Shown: positions 1 to 9,512 of the stretch, in pieces
Position numbering within the stretch: the stretch's first letter is position 1
Layout: every line of letters begins with the position of its first letter
Source of the DNA: Ignavibacteriota bacterium
GTDB taxonomy: Bacteria; Bacteroidota; Ignavibacteria; UBA10030
Direction of reading: 5' to 3'
Assembly (NCBI GenBank): GCA_963727825.1
Contig: CAVSHO010000007.1
Location: 32,001 to 96,000 of the forward strand
Length of the DNA: 64,000 bases
Position numbers and translations under genes: made by a program
Notes under the pieces: generated by a model
The model's database searches: none
Told to the model about the DNA's origin: nothing
The model's input: only the letters and a program-made list of their open reading frames with translations

Positions 1-2
1 GA

Positions 3-188
3 TTGCATCCCGGCGCAAAAGGTGATACGGCAGGTTCTACACCGATGATACAGCTTCAAATGCCGCCGAATATGTATTTCGTGCTTTTTATCGGAATTAT
101 CGGATTCAGTCTATTATTTGTCTGGCTTCTGAATATGCGCGTTCGTGTTACACGGATAGAATATCAACTTTCAAAAAAAGAGAATTGA
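3..188 (+). CDS. ccmC: Heme exporter protein C / cytochrome c assembly protein, C-terminal part (runs in from window edge)
   Basis: LHP-like motif followed by the last TM helix and 'RVRVTRIEYQL' tail; lies directly upstream of ccmD/ccmE. Confidence 0.6.
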   Translation: MHPGAKGDTAGSTPMIQLQMPPNMYFVLFIGIIGFSLLFVWLLNMRVRVTRIEYQLSKKEN

Positions 189-195
189 GGAAGTT

Positions 196-333
196 ATGTA
201 CGAATTCTTAAATCAAAACCAGATGTATATCGTCCTTGTTATATCACTGCTGATCTGGTCCGGTATAATTTGGTATCTAGTGCGGATAGATAAAAAGATT
301 GGACAGATAGAAAAGCGATTGAAGAAGGATTGA
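196..333 (+). CDS. ccmD: CcmD family heme exporter small membrane protein (45 aa, not in ORF track)
   Basis: Translated by hand: MYEFLNQNQMYIVLVISLLIWSGIIWYLVRIDKKIGQIEKRLKKD; single TM plus charged tail; GAGG RBS; between ccmC and ccmE. Confidence 0.75.
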   Translation: MYEFLNQNQMYIVLVISLLIWSGIIWYLVRIDKKIGQIEKRLKKD

Positions 334-337
334 CAAA

Positions 338-718
338 GTGAATGTAAAAGTTATAGTCGGTGGTGTGATTATTGTCTTTGGTATTGCGCTTGGAGCGGTT
401 AATTTCTTCGATTCAAATATCGAGTATGGCGACTTTGCTCAGGCGAGGAAAACACAGAAAAAAATTCAAGTAAAGGGCGAATGGGTGAAAGACCGTGAGA
501 GTTCTTTCGATGTGGAGAAAATCCAATACACTTTTTACCTGAAAGACGACAGCGGAGAGATTCTCAAAGTTGTTTTAGATGGAGCCAAACCGAATAACTT
601 TGACATTGCACCAAGCGTAGTTGTAAAGGGTAAGTATATGAACGATCACTTCCATGCAACAGAAGTGTTGACCAAATGCCCCTCAAAGTATGAAGGCAAA
701 ACTGGTGTGATGAAATAA
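338..718 (+). CDS. ccmE: Cytochrome c maturation heme chaperone CcmE (CxxxY variant)
   Basis: N-terminal TM, OB-fold-like body, C-terminal 'VLTKCPSKY' motif. Confidence 0.9.
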   Translation: MNVKVIVGGVIIVFGIALGAVNFFDSNIEYGDFAQARKTQKKIQVKGEWVKDRESSFDVEKIQYTFYLKDDSGEILKVVLDGAKPNNFDIAPSVVVKGKYMNDHFHATEVLTKCPSKYEGKTGVMK

Positions 719-726
719 ATGCCACT

Positions 727-756
727 TGTAGAGACGTTCAATTGAACGTCTCTACA
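727..756. repeat. Perfect 30-bp palindrome, GTAG-tagged REP-like element / bidirectional terminator
   Basis: TGTAGAGACGTTCAA|TTGAACGTCTCTACA between convergent genes. Confidence 0.75.
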
Positions 757-761
757 TAAAC

Positions 762-1799
762 CTACTTGAGTATTACACCCCATTCCGTAATAACAAAACC
801 AATCCGTTTGAACTGAGGAATTAATGGAGCAGGAAGCGTTTCGCCAAAATCGTTTCTTCCTTGTATAACATAAAACAGGCGAAGCATATTGTCAGGCGAC
901 TCCGAGATTTTTAGTTTGATTGTTTTTCCAATTTCATTAGCAAATTGTGGATAAATGATATAATATGGATAGTCTACTAACCGCGGAATCCAGTATTCGA
1001 TAAAATCGTTTTTTTCACGCTCATTAAAACCGACGAGAAGAAGATTGTTTGCGAAAAATGATGAGAGTGTATCTCTGCTAACGACCCAACCGGAATCATA
1101 TTGATATACATCCGGATTCTTGCTTTCATAAAAAAGATAATCATATCGTTGGTTGATCTTACCGGATGGTTCTACGGAAACATTCCAGCCACCTGAATAT
1201 AAAGGAATCGATTGTATGACAGACCCTCCCAGCGGAAACTCCAATGCGACGGACAGATTGCATGCAGTTTTCGGATAGGGATAAATATTAGGTTTATAAA
1301 CAACGACTTGATGTGTATCGATAATAGTTATTTGAATACGTTGAGGGTGTTCAATTTCCACATTATCAAAGCGCGCATTAATGAATACATCCGCGACATA
1401 ATTGCCGGAACTTAAAGCAGCCACAGAACTCAGAGGATTGAATGGTCCAAGCCATCGATTCGTTAAAGTGGAATCGGCTTTGAGTACACCGGGAAGAACT
1501 ACCTGTGGCCACGCGTAGCCATAATATTGTCGGGAAATAATTGTATCATTCCGGGTAATATAGATTTCCGAAACTGGCTCAGTCCATCTGTAGTTCTGAT
1601 CTATACCGGTCTTATTAGTCATCCGGAAAGTCAAATAGAATCGTGTGCCTCTTTTAAATGTGATGCTTGGATTTCCCAGTGTGTCGGTAGTTGAGAACGA
1701 TGTTGAGATAACTTGTTCCGAAATCGGTTGGGTAGTCTCATCCTTCTTGCATCCCATAAACATACCTGCAACGAAGAGGGCTATGATGATATTTTTCAT
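762..1799 (-). CDS. Hypothetical lipoprotein: Ig-like N-domain plus C-terminal 'KPxIYxYP...YDYLFYE...EWG' domain
   Basis: Lipobox 'AGMFMGC' after MKNII start at 1799; recognisable KPNIYPYP...DFIEYW...TEWGV uncharacterised domain. Confidence 0.7.
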   Translation of the reverse strand: MKNIIIALFVAGMFMGCKKDETTQPISEQVISTSFSTTDTLGNPSITFKRGTRFYLTFRMTNKTGIDQNYRWTEPVSEIYITRNDTIISRQYYGYAWPQVVLPGVLKADSTLTNRWLGPFNPLSSVAALSSGNYVADVFINARFDNVEIEHPQRIQITIIDTHQVVVYKPNIYPYPKTACNLSVALEFPLGGSVIQSIPLYSGGWNVSVEPSGKINQRYDYLFYESKNPDVYQYDSGWVVSRDTLSSFFANNLLLVGFNEREKNDFIEYWIPRLVDYPYYIIYPQFANEIGKTIKLKISESPDNMLRLFYVIQGRNDFGETLPAPLIPQFKRIGFVITEWGVILK

Positions 1800-1906
1800 A
1801 GATACCTCCATCTGTGAATCTGAAAACAAACTTACAATCTTCCTGTTAACAAATCAACCCGTGATTTCTACGAAAGCTAAGCCGATGTATCACGTTTACG
1901 AAACTA

Positions 1907-2200
1907 CTAGAATAATTGTTTGTCTTCGGAATACAATTCTTTCCAGAAACCTTGCTTGATACGAAACTTTGTGCCATGATTGTAGTGAGTACGTGCATCA
2001 AAGTCGATCAGAATGATACCGTGATCAATGCAAGAAAGAAAATTTTCAAAAGAAAAACCAGACAACATCAGCAGATTTTAATAGGCGAAATATTCTCTTC
2101 CTCTTTCGAGTTTACTATCGGCGATGATATAGAAACAATTACGGGCTTTTTCCCCCATTAAATCTCTCAAATCATCAAAGCCCCAATATGGTTCAGGATT
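1907..2200 (-). pseudogene. MvaI/BcnI-family restriction endonuclease, degraded C-terminal remnant
   Basis: Three minus-strand frames give NPEPYWGFDDL / ARNCFYIIADSKLERGREYFAY* / FENFLSCIDHGIILIDFDARTHYNHGTKFRIKQ, matching my recollection of the MvaI/BcnI C-terminus. Confidence 0.65.
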
Positions 2201-2226
2201 AAAGAGTTTTAGATACATGACATTTC

Positions 2227-3258
2227 CTAATTCACCACAAGAGTATCCATTAGTTTTAGACTTTTATGCAATTGCATTTGAATCGTAAACTTGAAACCTT
2301 CTGGAGTGAGGTAAACAGACTGTTCGGTTTTTGCCAACAACCCAAGGTCAACAGCGTAATTTGAATACATTCTTGTTGCACTGTACCTTGCCTTAGTGGT
2401 TTGCCAATCGAAGAATTTCCCTGAATGGAATGTAAAGTATTCACATAAATGGCCCATTGGCACGGGATAAGTATTCTTTGCTAGCGCAAATGTTGCTTCC
2501 ACAACTGATGCAATGCCCAAAATCACTGAAGATTCGTACGGATTTTGCACTACGAACCTTTTTAGTAATTTTACTTGTTTTTCACTAAGTCTTTCACCAT
2601 AGCTTTTGTCTCGAGCTTCCACATATTTTTCCCCGAGAGACGACAGGACAATCGAGTCAGTATTCGGTTCCCAATTTATCATTCGGAGTTCACTGGCGAA
2701 TTTAATTTTATTATATAAAGTCTTTTTTGAACCTCCAATGATATCTTGTAGCTGCTTTAAGCTAGTGGTTCGCTGAAGTTCATAAATGAACTTGTTAACG
2801 AGATGCAGATTCCAGATACCAATATCTATTGGTTTGATTTCGACGAAAGAAGCAATTGGTCTGATATTCTGATAAAAATATTTTAGAACTTCCTCAGGAC
2901 TGTAGTTTAGACATGTAACTCCTTCGCTTAAACCAAATTGTCTTTCACCACTTTTTATGTTCGGACAAAGAAGATATGGTTGAATATTAGCACGAAACAA
3001 CTTGCCATTATTCTGAAATCCAATGAGGTCGTTCTTGTAATCCATGATCTGTTTTATGAACTTTCTTTGAAATGGCACAGTTTTCAATTCAATCAATAGA
3101 AAGTTATTTTTGTATGTATATAGAATATCAAGTCTTCCCGATGGTAAAAGCATTTGACGGCCAATCAGTCTAGGTTCATCATCAAGACTTAAAATCTTTT
3201 TGGTTAGAACAGGAGCGTTGACAAGCACGTCCTCAATTTGAGTTTCTCTGATTTCCAT
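2227..3258 (-). CDS. NucS/EndoMS-like PD-(D/E)xK nuclease domain fused to C-terminal winged-helix-like region
   Basis: N-terminal 'E..IED...IGRQ..LPSGRLDIL....FLLIELK....FIKQI..Y' is the NucS catalytic pattern. Confidence 0.65.
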   Translation of the reverse strand: MEIRETQIEDVLVNAPVLTKKILSLDDEPRLIGRQMLLPSGRLDILYTYKNNFLLIELKTVPFQRKFIKQIMDYKNDLIGFQNNGKLFRANIQPYLLCPNIKSGERQFGLSEGVTCLNYSPEEVLKYFYQNIRPIASFVEIKPIDIGIWNLHLVNKFIYELQRTTSLKQLQDIIGGSKKTLYNKIKFASELRMINWEPNTDSIVLSSLGEKYVEARDKSYGERLSEKQVKLLKRFVVQNPYESSVILGIASVVEATFALAKNTYPVPMGHLCEYFTFHSGKFFDWQTTKARYSATRMYSNYAVDLGLLAKTEQSVYLTPEGFKFTIQMQLHKSLKLMDTLVVN

Positions 3259-3469
3259 TTTCTTCCTCGATATATGGATAGAAATCCTTTTCTGTACAGA
3301 CCTTCATTTTAGCAACAATCCAATCTTCAATTGTATCCCTAATATCTCCAATCATTTCAATATCCCATTCGATAGATTGTTTTGTGGGATTGAGACTTTG
3401 GATCAATTTAAAGATCACGCTATCAACATAATCTTGTCTTGAAATCTCTAAGTTCGTCAATGTTTTCAT
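3233..3469 (-). CDS. Small hypothetical protein
   Basis: 78-aa ORF overlapping the nuclease start, same strand. Confidence 0.6.
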   Translation of the reverse strand: MKTLTNLEISRQDYVDSVIFKLIQSLNPTKQSIEWDIEMIGDIRDTIEDWIVAKMKVCTEKDFYPYIEEENGNQRNSN

Positions 3470-3498
3470 AGATAGTAGAATGTTAGATTGTTAGTGCG

Positions 3499-3645
3499 TT
3501 ATTGGTGCGAAGGGAAACGCCAGACCCCGATTTGAGACTTGAGCCATTCTTTTGCAGATAAACAATTGATGTTGGTTTGCCCACAATCGCAAGTTCTATC
3601 ATGCCCTATATGAAGCTTAGTTCTGTATTCAGCTGAAAGTCTCAT
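3499..3645 (-). pseudogene. N-terminal fragment of an N4/N6 DNA methyltransferase
   Basis: MRLSAEYRTKLHIGHDRTCDCGQTNINCLSAKEWLKSQIGVWRFPSHQ*; resembles MTase N-termini that precede the HPATFP motif, which is missing here. Confidence 0.5.
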
Positions 3646-3830
3646 GAATTGCGAGAAAGGGTGCATCCTTTTTCTTAACTTCTTTTGACCGTTTGGATTT
3701 AGTTGTAATTGGCATTAAAGGGATTTACCTCGAATTATTCATGGGCAATATAGCAAAATTCTATACGGTAGTCTAATGATTGATCCCAAGTTCTTGAACA
3801 ACGATATTTAATAATGTATTAAAATCAGTT

Positions 3831-4070
3831 TTAAATTAACCATGCGGTCGCATTTTGCGACCGCATGGAGCTGACCTCGCGACTTGTAAGTTGAAAACAG
3901 AAATCCTCTGGAAAGCGATCTTGGTTGCGTTTGACCTGCTCATTTAACCGTTTCGTTGAGACTCCATATATTGCTGCAAGACTATCGTCGGTTATTACAC
4001 GAACACTGCGAATGAATAAAATCTGGCGTTCTATAGGTATCAGTGCTTTATTTACATTTTTAGTTGGCAT
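3831..4070 (-). pseudogene. ORF6N domain (KilA-N-like) DNA-binding protein, truncated
   Basis: 'LAAIYGVSTKRLNEQVKRNQDRFPEDFCFQLT' is the ORF6N signature; ends before the usual PYAFTEQG segment. Confidence 0.8.
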
Positions 4071-4230
4071 ATAGTTACCCCACCTGTGTTAATATATTTG
4101 TGCCGCCCCATCTTGAAGTTCCCAATTGGAATATCAAGTTATCAAACTCTTCTTGGCTATGTGGTCACAAATTGTGACCACATAGTTTTTCGCTTCCTCC
4201 GTAAGCTCGGACATAAAGTCCGAATAAATC

Positions 4231-4960
4231 TTACCCTCTATTCACAATAAAATTGAATGGATTTTCAATCCCGAGTGACCATTTCGAAATAAACGGTTCG
4301 CCGTATTTTACGCCAATCTTAGAACCGAAATATCGGCAGCGGGTTTCGATCACTTCTAAAAAGTCAGGCCGGCTCAATTTTGTCTCGCTTTCTTTGCTTT
4401 CCGGGTTGAAAAATTGCGAGGCGTGAGCACGCACGGACTTCATTTTCAAATCAATTGAATCGCTGATATCAACAATAAATGACGGCTCGAACTCCATCCA
4501 TTGCATAAACTCGAAATAGTGGTGCGGGCGGTGGCGTTCCTGAACTTTACCGTTGAGTTTTGTTTTCATTTTTTCCAAACCGCTGTAGTCACCATGCCTC
4601 ACGGCAAAGTTCGCTTGTGTGCACGTGGTCCGGATGCCGTTCAACACCATAAGGAATAATAAGGAGAGCAGGACGAAGCTCGCGAATGAGTGTGATGATC
4701 TTTAATAGATTATTTTTATTTACTTCAACATTTCCGTCGGGGATTTGTAGATTCCGTCGTGTTACGGCGCCAAGTATTTTTGCCGCTTGCCGCGCTTCTT
4801 CTCTTCTAATCTCCTTTGTGCCGCGTGTGCCAAGCTCGCCCTGCGTCAGGTCGCAGAGAGCAACTTTATATCCTTGCTGGACAAATTTAGCGACTGTTCC
4901 ACCGCAGGCAAGTTCAATATCATCAGGATGTGCGCCAATAGCTAATACGTCGATGTGCAT
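4231..4960 (-). CDS. bshB1: Bacillithiol biosynthesis deacetylase BshB1 (frameshift near 4590)
   Basis: GAHPDDIEL, GELGTRG and RHPDH motifs; C-terminal half (AHASQF, YGEPF) continues in the 4231..4650 frame. Confidence 0.85.
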
Positions 4961-5098
4961 TGTTTTTCCTCGAATTGTTGATGTTAATATAAACAAGAAA
5001 AATGAAAAATGGTAAACGGCTGAGAGTATTAAGATATTCTAATTTTCCAGAGTTGAATGTGGTGCCAACATTCGGTAATTTGGGATTGGAGTTACTGC

Positions 5099-6295
5099 AT
5101 GGCAATCGAAAAAAATGTAATTACCATTACCGAACTAACGCGGCAAATTAAATTCTCGCTGGAATCGAGTTTCCCACGTGTATGGGTTGAAGGTGAAATT
5201 TCCAATTTCAAACAGCATACTTCCGGGCATTTATATTTTACGTTAAAAGATGAAGGCGCTCAGATTTCTGCGCTTATGTGGCGGAGTCGCGTTGCTAATC
5301 TCACCTTTCAACCGGAAGATGGAATGAAGGTAATCGCCCGCGGTTCAATTACCGTGTATCCGCCGCGCGGGAATTATCAACTTGATGTAGAGCAGATTCA
5401 GCCACTTGGACTTGGAGAACTTCAGCTTGCGTTTGAGCGTCTAAAGCAAAAGTTAGATAGAGAAGGATTGTTCGATGCTGAACATAAGAAACCAATTCCA
5501 GAATTTCCCGAATGCATAGGTCTTGTCACGTCGGAAACAGGAGCGGCATTACAGGATATTCGAAGTGTGCTTTCGCGCCGCCATCCATCCGTTGAAGTAG
5601 TCCTTGCTCCGGTGCGCGTGCAAGGCACAGGTGCGGCAGAAGAAATTGCTGATGCGATCAAATATTTGAATCAATATGGCGGAATAGATGTGTTAATTAT
5701 TGGACGCGGCGGCGGTTCGCTGGAAGATTTGTGGGCGTTCAATGAAGAAATTGTGGCTCGTGCTATATATTCATCAAAAATTCCGACTATAAGCGCTGTT
5801 GGGCACGAAATTGATTTCAGCATTGCAGATTTTGTAGTGGATTTGCGTGCGCCAACACCCTCGGCGGCAGCAGAATTAGTTGTTCATGACCGTTCAGAAC
5901 TTCTTGAAGATATTGGCAACTTATGCTATACTATGCGCGGCGCACTCGATAATCAATTGTCTGGACTTCGTACGCAAACGACAAGTTTGGTGACGAGTTA
6001 TTCTTTCAATCGTCCCAGAGATTTGATCAGAGAATTCTCTCAGCGTGTGGATGAATTTGAACGCAGTATTGGAATTTCTTTTGCTCATGCCGCACAGACA
6101 GTGCATCAAAAATATAATTCGCTTCAGCTGCAATTGCAGGCGTTGAATCCGGGCGGCGTGCTCAAACGCGGTTATGCAATTGTGAGGAAGAAAGGGCGAA
6201 TTGTTTCGAGTGCGGATTTGCTTGATTATGGCGACGAAGCTGATATTCAATTTCACGATGGCACTATCGGTGTGAAAGTAGAAAAAGGACATTAA
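5099..6295 (+). CDS. xseA: Exodeoxyribonuclease VII large subunit
   Basis: VWVEGEISNF, GRGGGSLEDLWAFNEE, GHEID, APTPSAAAE. Confidence 0.97.
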   Translation: MAIEKNVITITELTRQIKFSLESSFPRVWVEGEISNFKQHTSGHLYFTLKDEGAQISALMWRSRVANLTFQPEDGMKVIARGSITVYPPRGNYQLDVEQIQPLGLGELQLAFERLKQKLDREGLFDAEHKKPIPEFPECIGLVTSETGAALQDIRSVLSRRHPSVEVVLAPVRVQGTGAAEEIADAIKYLNQYGGIDVLIIGRGGGSLEDLWAFNEEIVARAIYSSKIPTISAVGHEIDFSIADFVVDLRAPTPSAAAELVVHDRSELLEDIGNLCYTMRGALDNQLSGLRTQTTSLVTSYSFNRPRDLIREFSQRVDEFERSIGISFAHAAQTVHQKYNSLQLQLQALNPGGVLKRGYAIVRKKGRIVSSADLLDYGDEADIQFHDGTIGVKVEKGH

Positions 6296-6297
6296 TC

Positions 6298-6537
6298 ATG
6301 ACGGCAAAGAAAGCAGTGAAGAATTCATTAGAAAGTTCTCTTAAGCGACTTGAAGAAATTGTGGAAACGCTGGAGCGCGGTGATGCATCGTTAGATGATG
6401 CGATGAATTTATACGAAGAAGGTGTTCAGATTTCAAAACAGTGCGCTGAGAAACTGAAAGCCGCTGAATTGAAAATAAAAAAATTATCTAAAGAGATTGA
6501 TGGGCAATTTACAATAAATGAGTCTGATGAAGCATGA
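6298..6537 (+). CDS. xseB: Exodeoxyribonuclease VII small subunit
   Basis: LEEIVETLERGDASLDDAMNLYEEG; follows xseA. Confidence 0.95.
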   Translation: MTAKKAVKNSLESSLKRLEEIVETLERGDASLDDAMNLYEEGVQISKQCAEKLKAAELKIKKLSKEIDGQFTINESDEA

Positions 6538-8468
6538 GCGATTTTAATTTTCAATTTCTTGATTCTATTAATCTTCCGGAAGATTTGCGCAAATTGAATG
6601 TTCAAGAACTCAGAACAGTCTGTGCTGAGGTACGAGAGTACCTGATCGATTGTGTCTCGAAAACAGGCGGCCACCTTGGCGCCGGACTCGGCGCGGTGGA
6701 GCTTACCGTAGCACTTCATTATGTCTTTAATACACCGGAAGATAAACTTGTATGGGATGTCGGACATCAAGCATATCCGCATAAAATTTTAACCGGACGA
6801 AAAGACAGGATGGAAACAATCCGTACATTGGGCGGATTGAGCGGTTTTTTAAAGCGTTCAGAAAGCGAATACGATACATTTGGTGCTGGGCACGCAAGTA
6901 CGGCAATCTCGGCAGCGCTAGGTATTGCAGCGGCTCGTGATTTAGAAAAGAAGAATTTCAAAGTAGCAGCAATTGTCGGTGATGGCTCGATGACAGGCGG
7001 GATGGTGTACGAGGCGATGAACAACGCCGGCGTGCTGAAGAAAAATCTTATCGTCGTACTCAATGACAACCAAATGGGTTCGCTTTCATCGATAGAACCG
7101 AGTGTTTGGTCATTCCACAATTATTTTACAAAAATGCTGACACATCCTACATACAACAAATTCAAAGCGAATGTTTGGGATTTGACAGGTAAATTGGACT
7201 CGTTCGGCGATCGACTTCGTATGGTTGCGCAACAGATGGAAAGAGGAATTAAGGCGGTGGTAACACCGGGCATGCTTTTTGAGGCGCTTGGCTTTCGGTA
7301 CTTTGGTCCCATCAACGGGCATAATGTTGTAAAGCTGGTTGAGATATTCAGGCAAGTCAAGGATCTCAATGGTCCTATTCTCATTCATGTGATTACTGAA
7401 AAAGGAAAAGGATATGCGCCGGCGGAGTGCGAGGTAACGCGTTTGCACGGAGTGACGCCATTCGATAAAATTACCGGTATCTCTCCAAAGAAAAATGGTC
7501 AACCGCCGGCTTACACGGATATTTTCGGTAAAGCTCTGGTGGAAATCTGTAAACAGAATACAAAAGTTGTCGGTATTACTGCTGCAATGTCGGATGGAAC
7601 AGGCTTAATTCAACTCCACGAAGAAATGCCTGAGCGGTTTTTTGATGTTGGTATTGCCGAACAACATGCTGTAACCTTTGCGGCAGGCATAGCAACGGAG
7701 GGATATATTCCGGTTGTCGCAATCTACTCTACTTTTATGCAGCGTGCATTCGATCAAGTAGTGCACGACTGTGCGATTCAGAAATTGCATATCGTTTTAG
7801 CGATGGATCGCGGCGGATTAGTCGGTGCCGATGGTGCTACGCATCACGGTGCATTAGATTTTTCTTTCTTACGTTGCGTTCCCGGTATGGTTATAATGGC
7901 GCCGAAGGATGAACAGGAATTACGCGATATGCTCTTTACCGCTGTTGAGTATAAGCATGGACCTATTGCTCTTCGGTATCCGCGCGGTCATGCGCTTGGA
8001 GTTCCTGTGCGTGATGGATTTCAGAACCTGGAAATCGGCAAAGCCGAAACAGTACGCACCGGTAAAGACATTGCTATTCTTGCCATCGGAAATATGGTGC
8101 CAAATGCACTCAAGGCGGCAGAATTGTTAAGCAATGATGGCATTGAAGCAGAAGTCGTGAATATGAGGTTTGCGAAACCGATTGATGAAGAATTATTGAA
8201 GTCGTTAGCCCAGCGAATCAATACATTCCTTACCGTTGAAGAAAATGTTATTCGCGGCGGATTCGGGGCTGGAGTGTTGGAAGCGCTGAGCCATTGCGGT
8301 ATTTCAAATGTTTCTGTTAAGATACATGGATTGCCGGATGAATTCATAGAACAAGGTTCTCCTGACGAGTTACATCGGATTGTCAAGCTTGATGCTGATG
8401 GGATTGCTGAAGTGGTGAGAGAATATTTGAAAATCACACGCGAAAATTCCATATTACATACTACTTAA
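6534..8468 (+). CDS. dxs: 1-deoxy-D-xylulose-5-phosphate synthase
   Basis: GGHLGAGLG, WDVGHQAYPHK, GDGSMTGG, DVGIAEQHA. Confidence 0.98.
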   Translation: MSDFNFQFLDSINLPEDLRKLNVQELRTVCAEVREYLIDCVSKTGGHLGAGLGAVELTVALHYVFNTPEDKLVWDVGHQAYPHKILTGRKDRMETIRTLGGLSGFLKRSESEYDTFGAGHASTAISAALGIAAARDLEKKNFKVAAIVGDGSMTGGMVYEAMNNAGVLKKNLIVVLNDNQMGSLSSIEPSVWSFHNYFTKMLTHPTYNKFKANVWDLTGKLDSFGDRLRMVAQQMERGIKAVVTPGMLFEALGFRYFGPINGHNVVKLVEIFRQVKDLNGPILIHVITEKGKGYAPAECEVTRLHGVTPFDKITGISPKKNGQPPAYTDIFGKALVEICKQNTKVVGITAAMSDGTGLIQLHEEMPERFFDVGIAEQHAVTFAAGIATEGYIPVVAIYSTFMQRAFDQVVHDCAIQKLHIVLAMDRGGLVGADGATHHGALDFSFLRCVPGMVIMAPKDEQELRDMLFTAVEYKHGPIALRYPRGHALGVPVRDGFQNLEIGKAETVRTGKDIAILAIGNMVPNALKAAELLSNDGIEAEVVNMRFAKPIDEELLKSLAQRINTFLTVEENVIRGGFGAGVLEALSHCGISNVSVKIHGLPDEFIEQGSPDELHRIVKLDADGIAEVVREYLKITRENSILHTT

Positions 8469-8487
8469 ATATCATATCGGACATTGT

Positions 8488-9494
8488 ATGGAAAAAGCAC
8501 GTATTGGTATAGTTGGACTTGGGTCAATTGCTCAGACAATTCATCTCCCGATCCTCAATAAGTTTCCAGATGTCGAAATTGTAGCGGTTTGCGATCTCGA
8601 CCGGGCAAAGGCGCAATTTGTAGCAGATAAATTCAAAGTGCGACGTTACTATAACAACTTCGAGAAAATGCTGGCGATTGAACGAGATCTCGATGGAATA
8701 GATATTTGCACTCCGACGATATTGCATAAAGACATGGCGATTGCGGCATTGGCGGAAAAGAATAATGTTCTCATAGAAAAACCATTAGCACGAACCGCAA
8801 TAGAAGCAGAAGAAATTGCCGCTGCAGCAAAGAAATACCATCATACATTGATGGTTGGAATGAACAATCGCTTCCGCCCGGACGCTATGATTCTTAAAAG
8901 TTTTATAGAAGATAAAGCACTTGGTAAACTCTTTTATGCCAAGGCAGGATGGTTCAAAAAATTGAATGCGGAGAGTGCATGGCTAACTAAGAAAACACAA
9001 TCCGGCGGCGCGTAGTACTCGACCTTGGCATCGTCATGCTTGATCTTGCTTTCTGGATGATGGGATTTCCAGAGGTTCGAGAAGTTTCAGCAACAAATTA
9101 TTCGCATCATACAAAGGATGTAGAGGATTCATCGGTAGCGTTCCTCAAAATGAAAAACGGCTCCACATTAACTATTGAAGCAAGTTGGTCGTTTGAGTCC
9201 ACCTCAGACTTTTTCTACTGCGATTGTTTTGGTACGGATGGAAGCGGTTCACTCAATCCATTTCGAATCGTCAAACGTATGCACGATAATCTTGTCAATT
9301 TCGCACCTGCTTCTATTGAAACGCCGCAGAGTCTTTACCGTAAATCATACGAGAACGAGCTTAAACATTGGATTGGCTCATTGCGCGGATTGCACTCGGT
9401 TATTTCTAACGGCGATGAAGCTGTGCAACGAATGAAGATTATAGATTTAATTTACAAATCTGCTAAACGCGGCAAAGCGGTAGCAATAAAGTAG
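8488..9494 (+). CDS. Gfo/Idh/MocA oxidoreductase (frameshift near 9010)
   Basis: GIVGLG and EKP motifs; SGGA/GG junction continues into the 9036..9494 frame. Confidence 0.85.
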
Positions 9495-9512
9495 CTATAA
9501 GCAAGAATTTCT

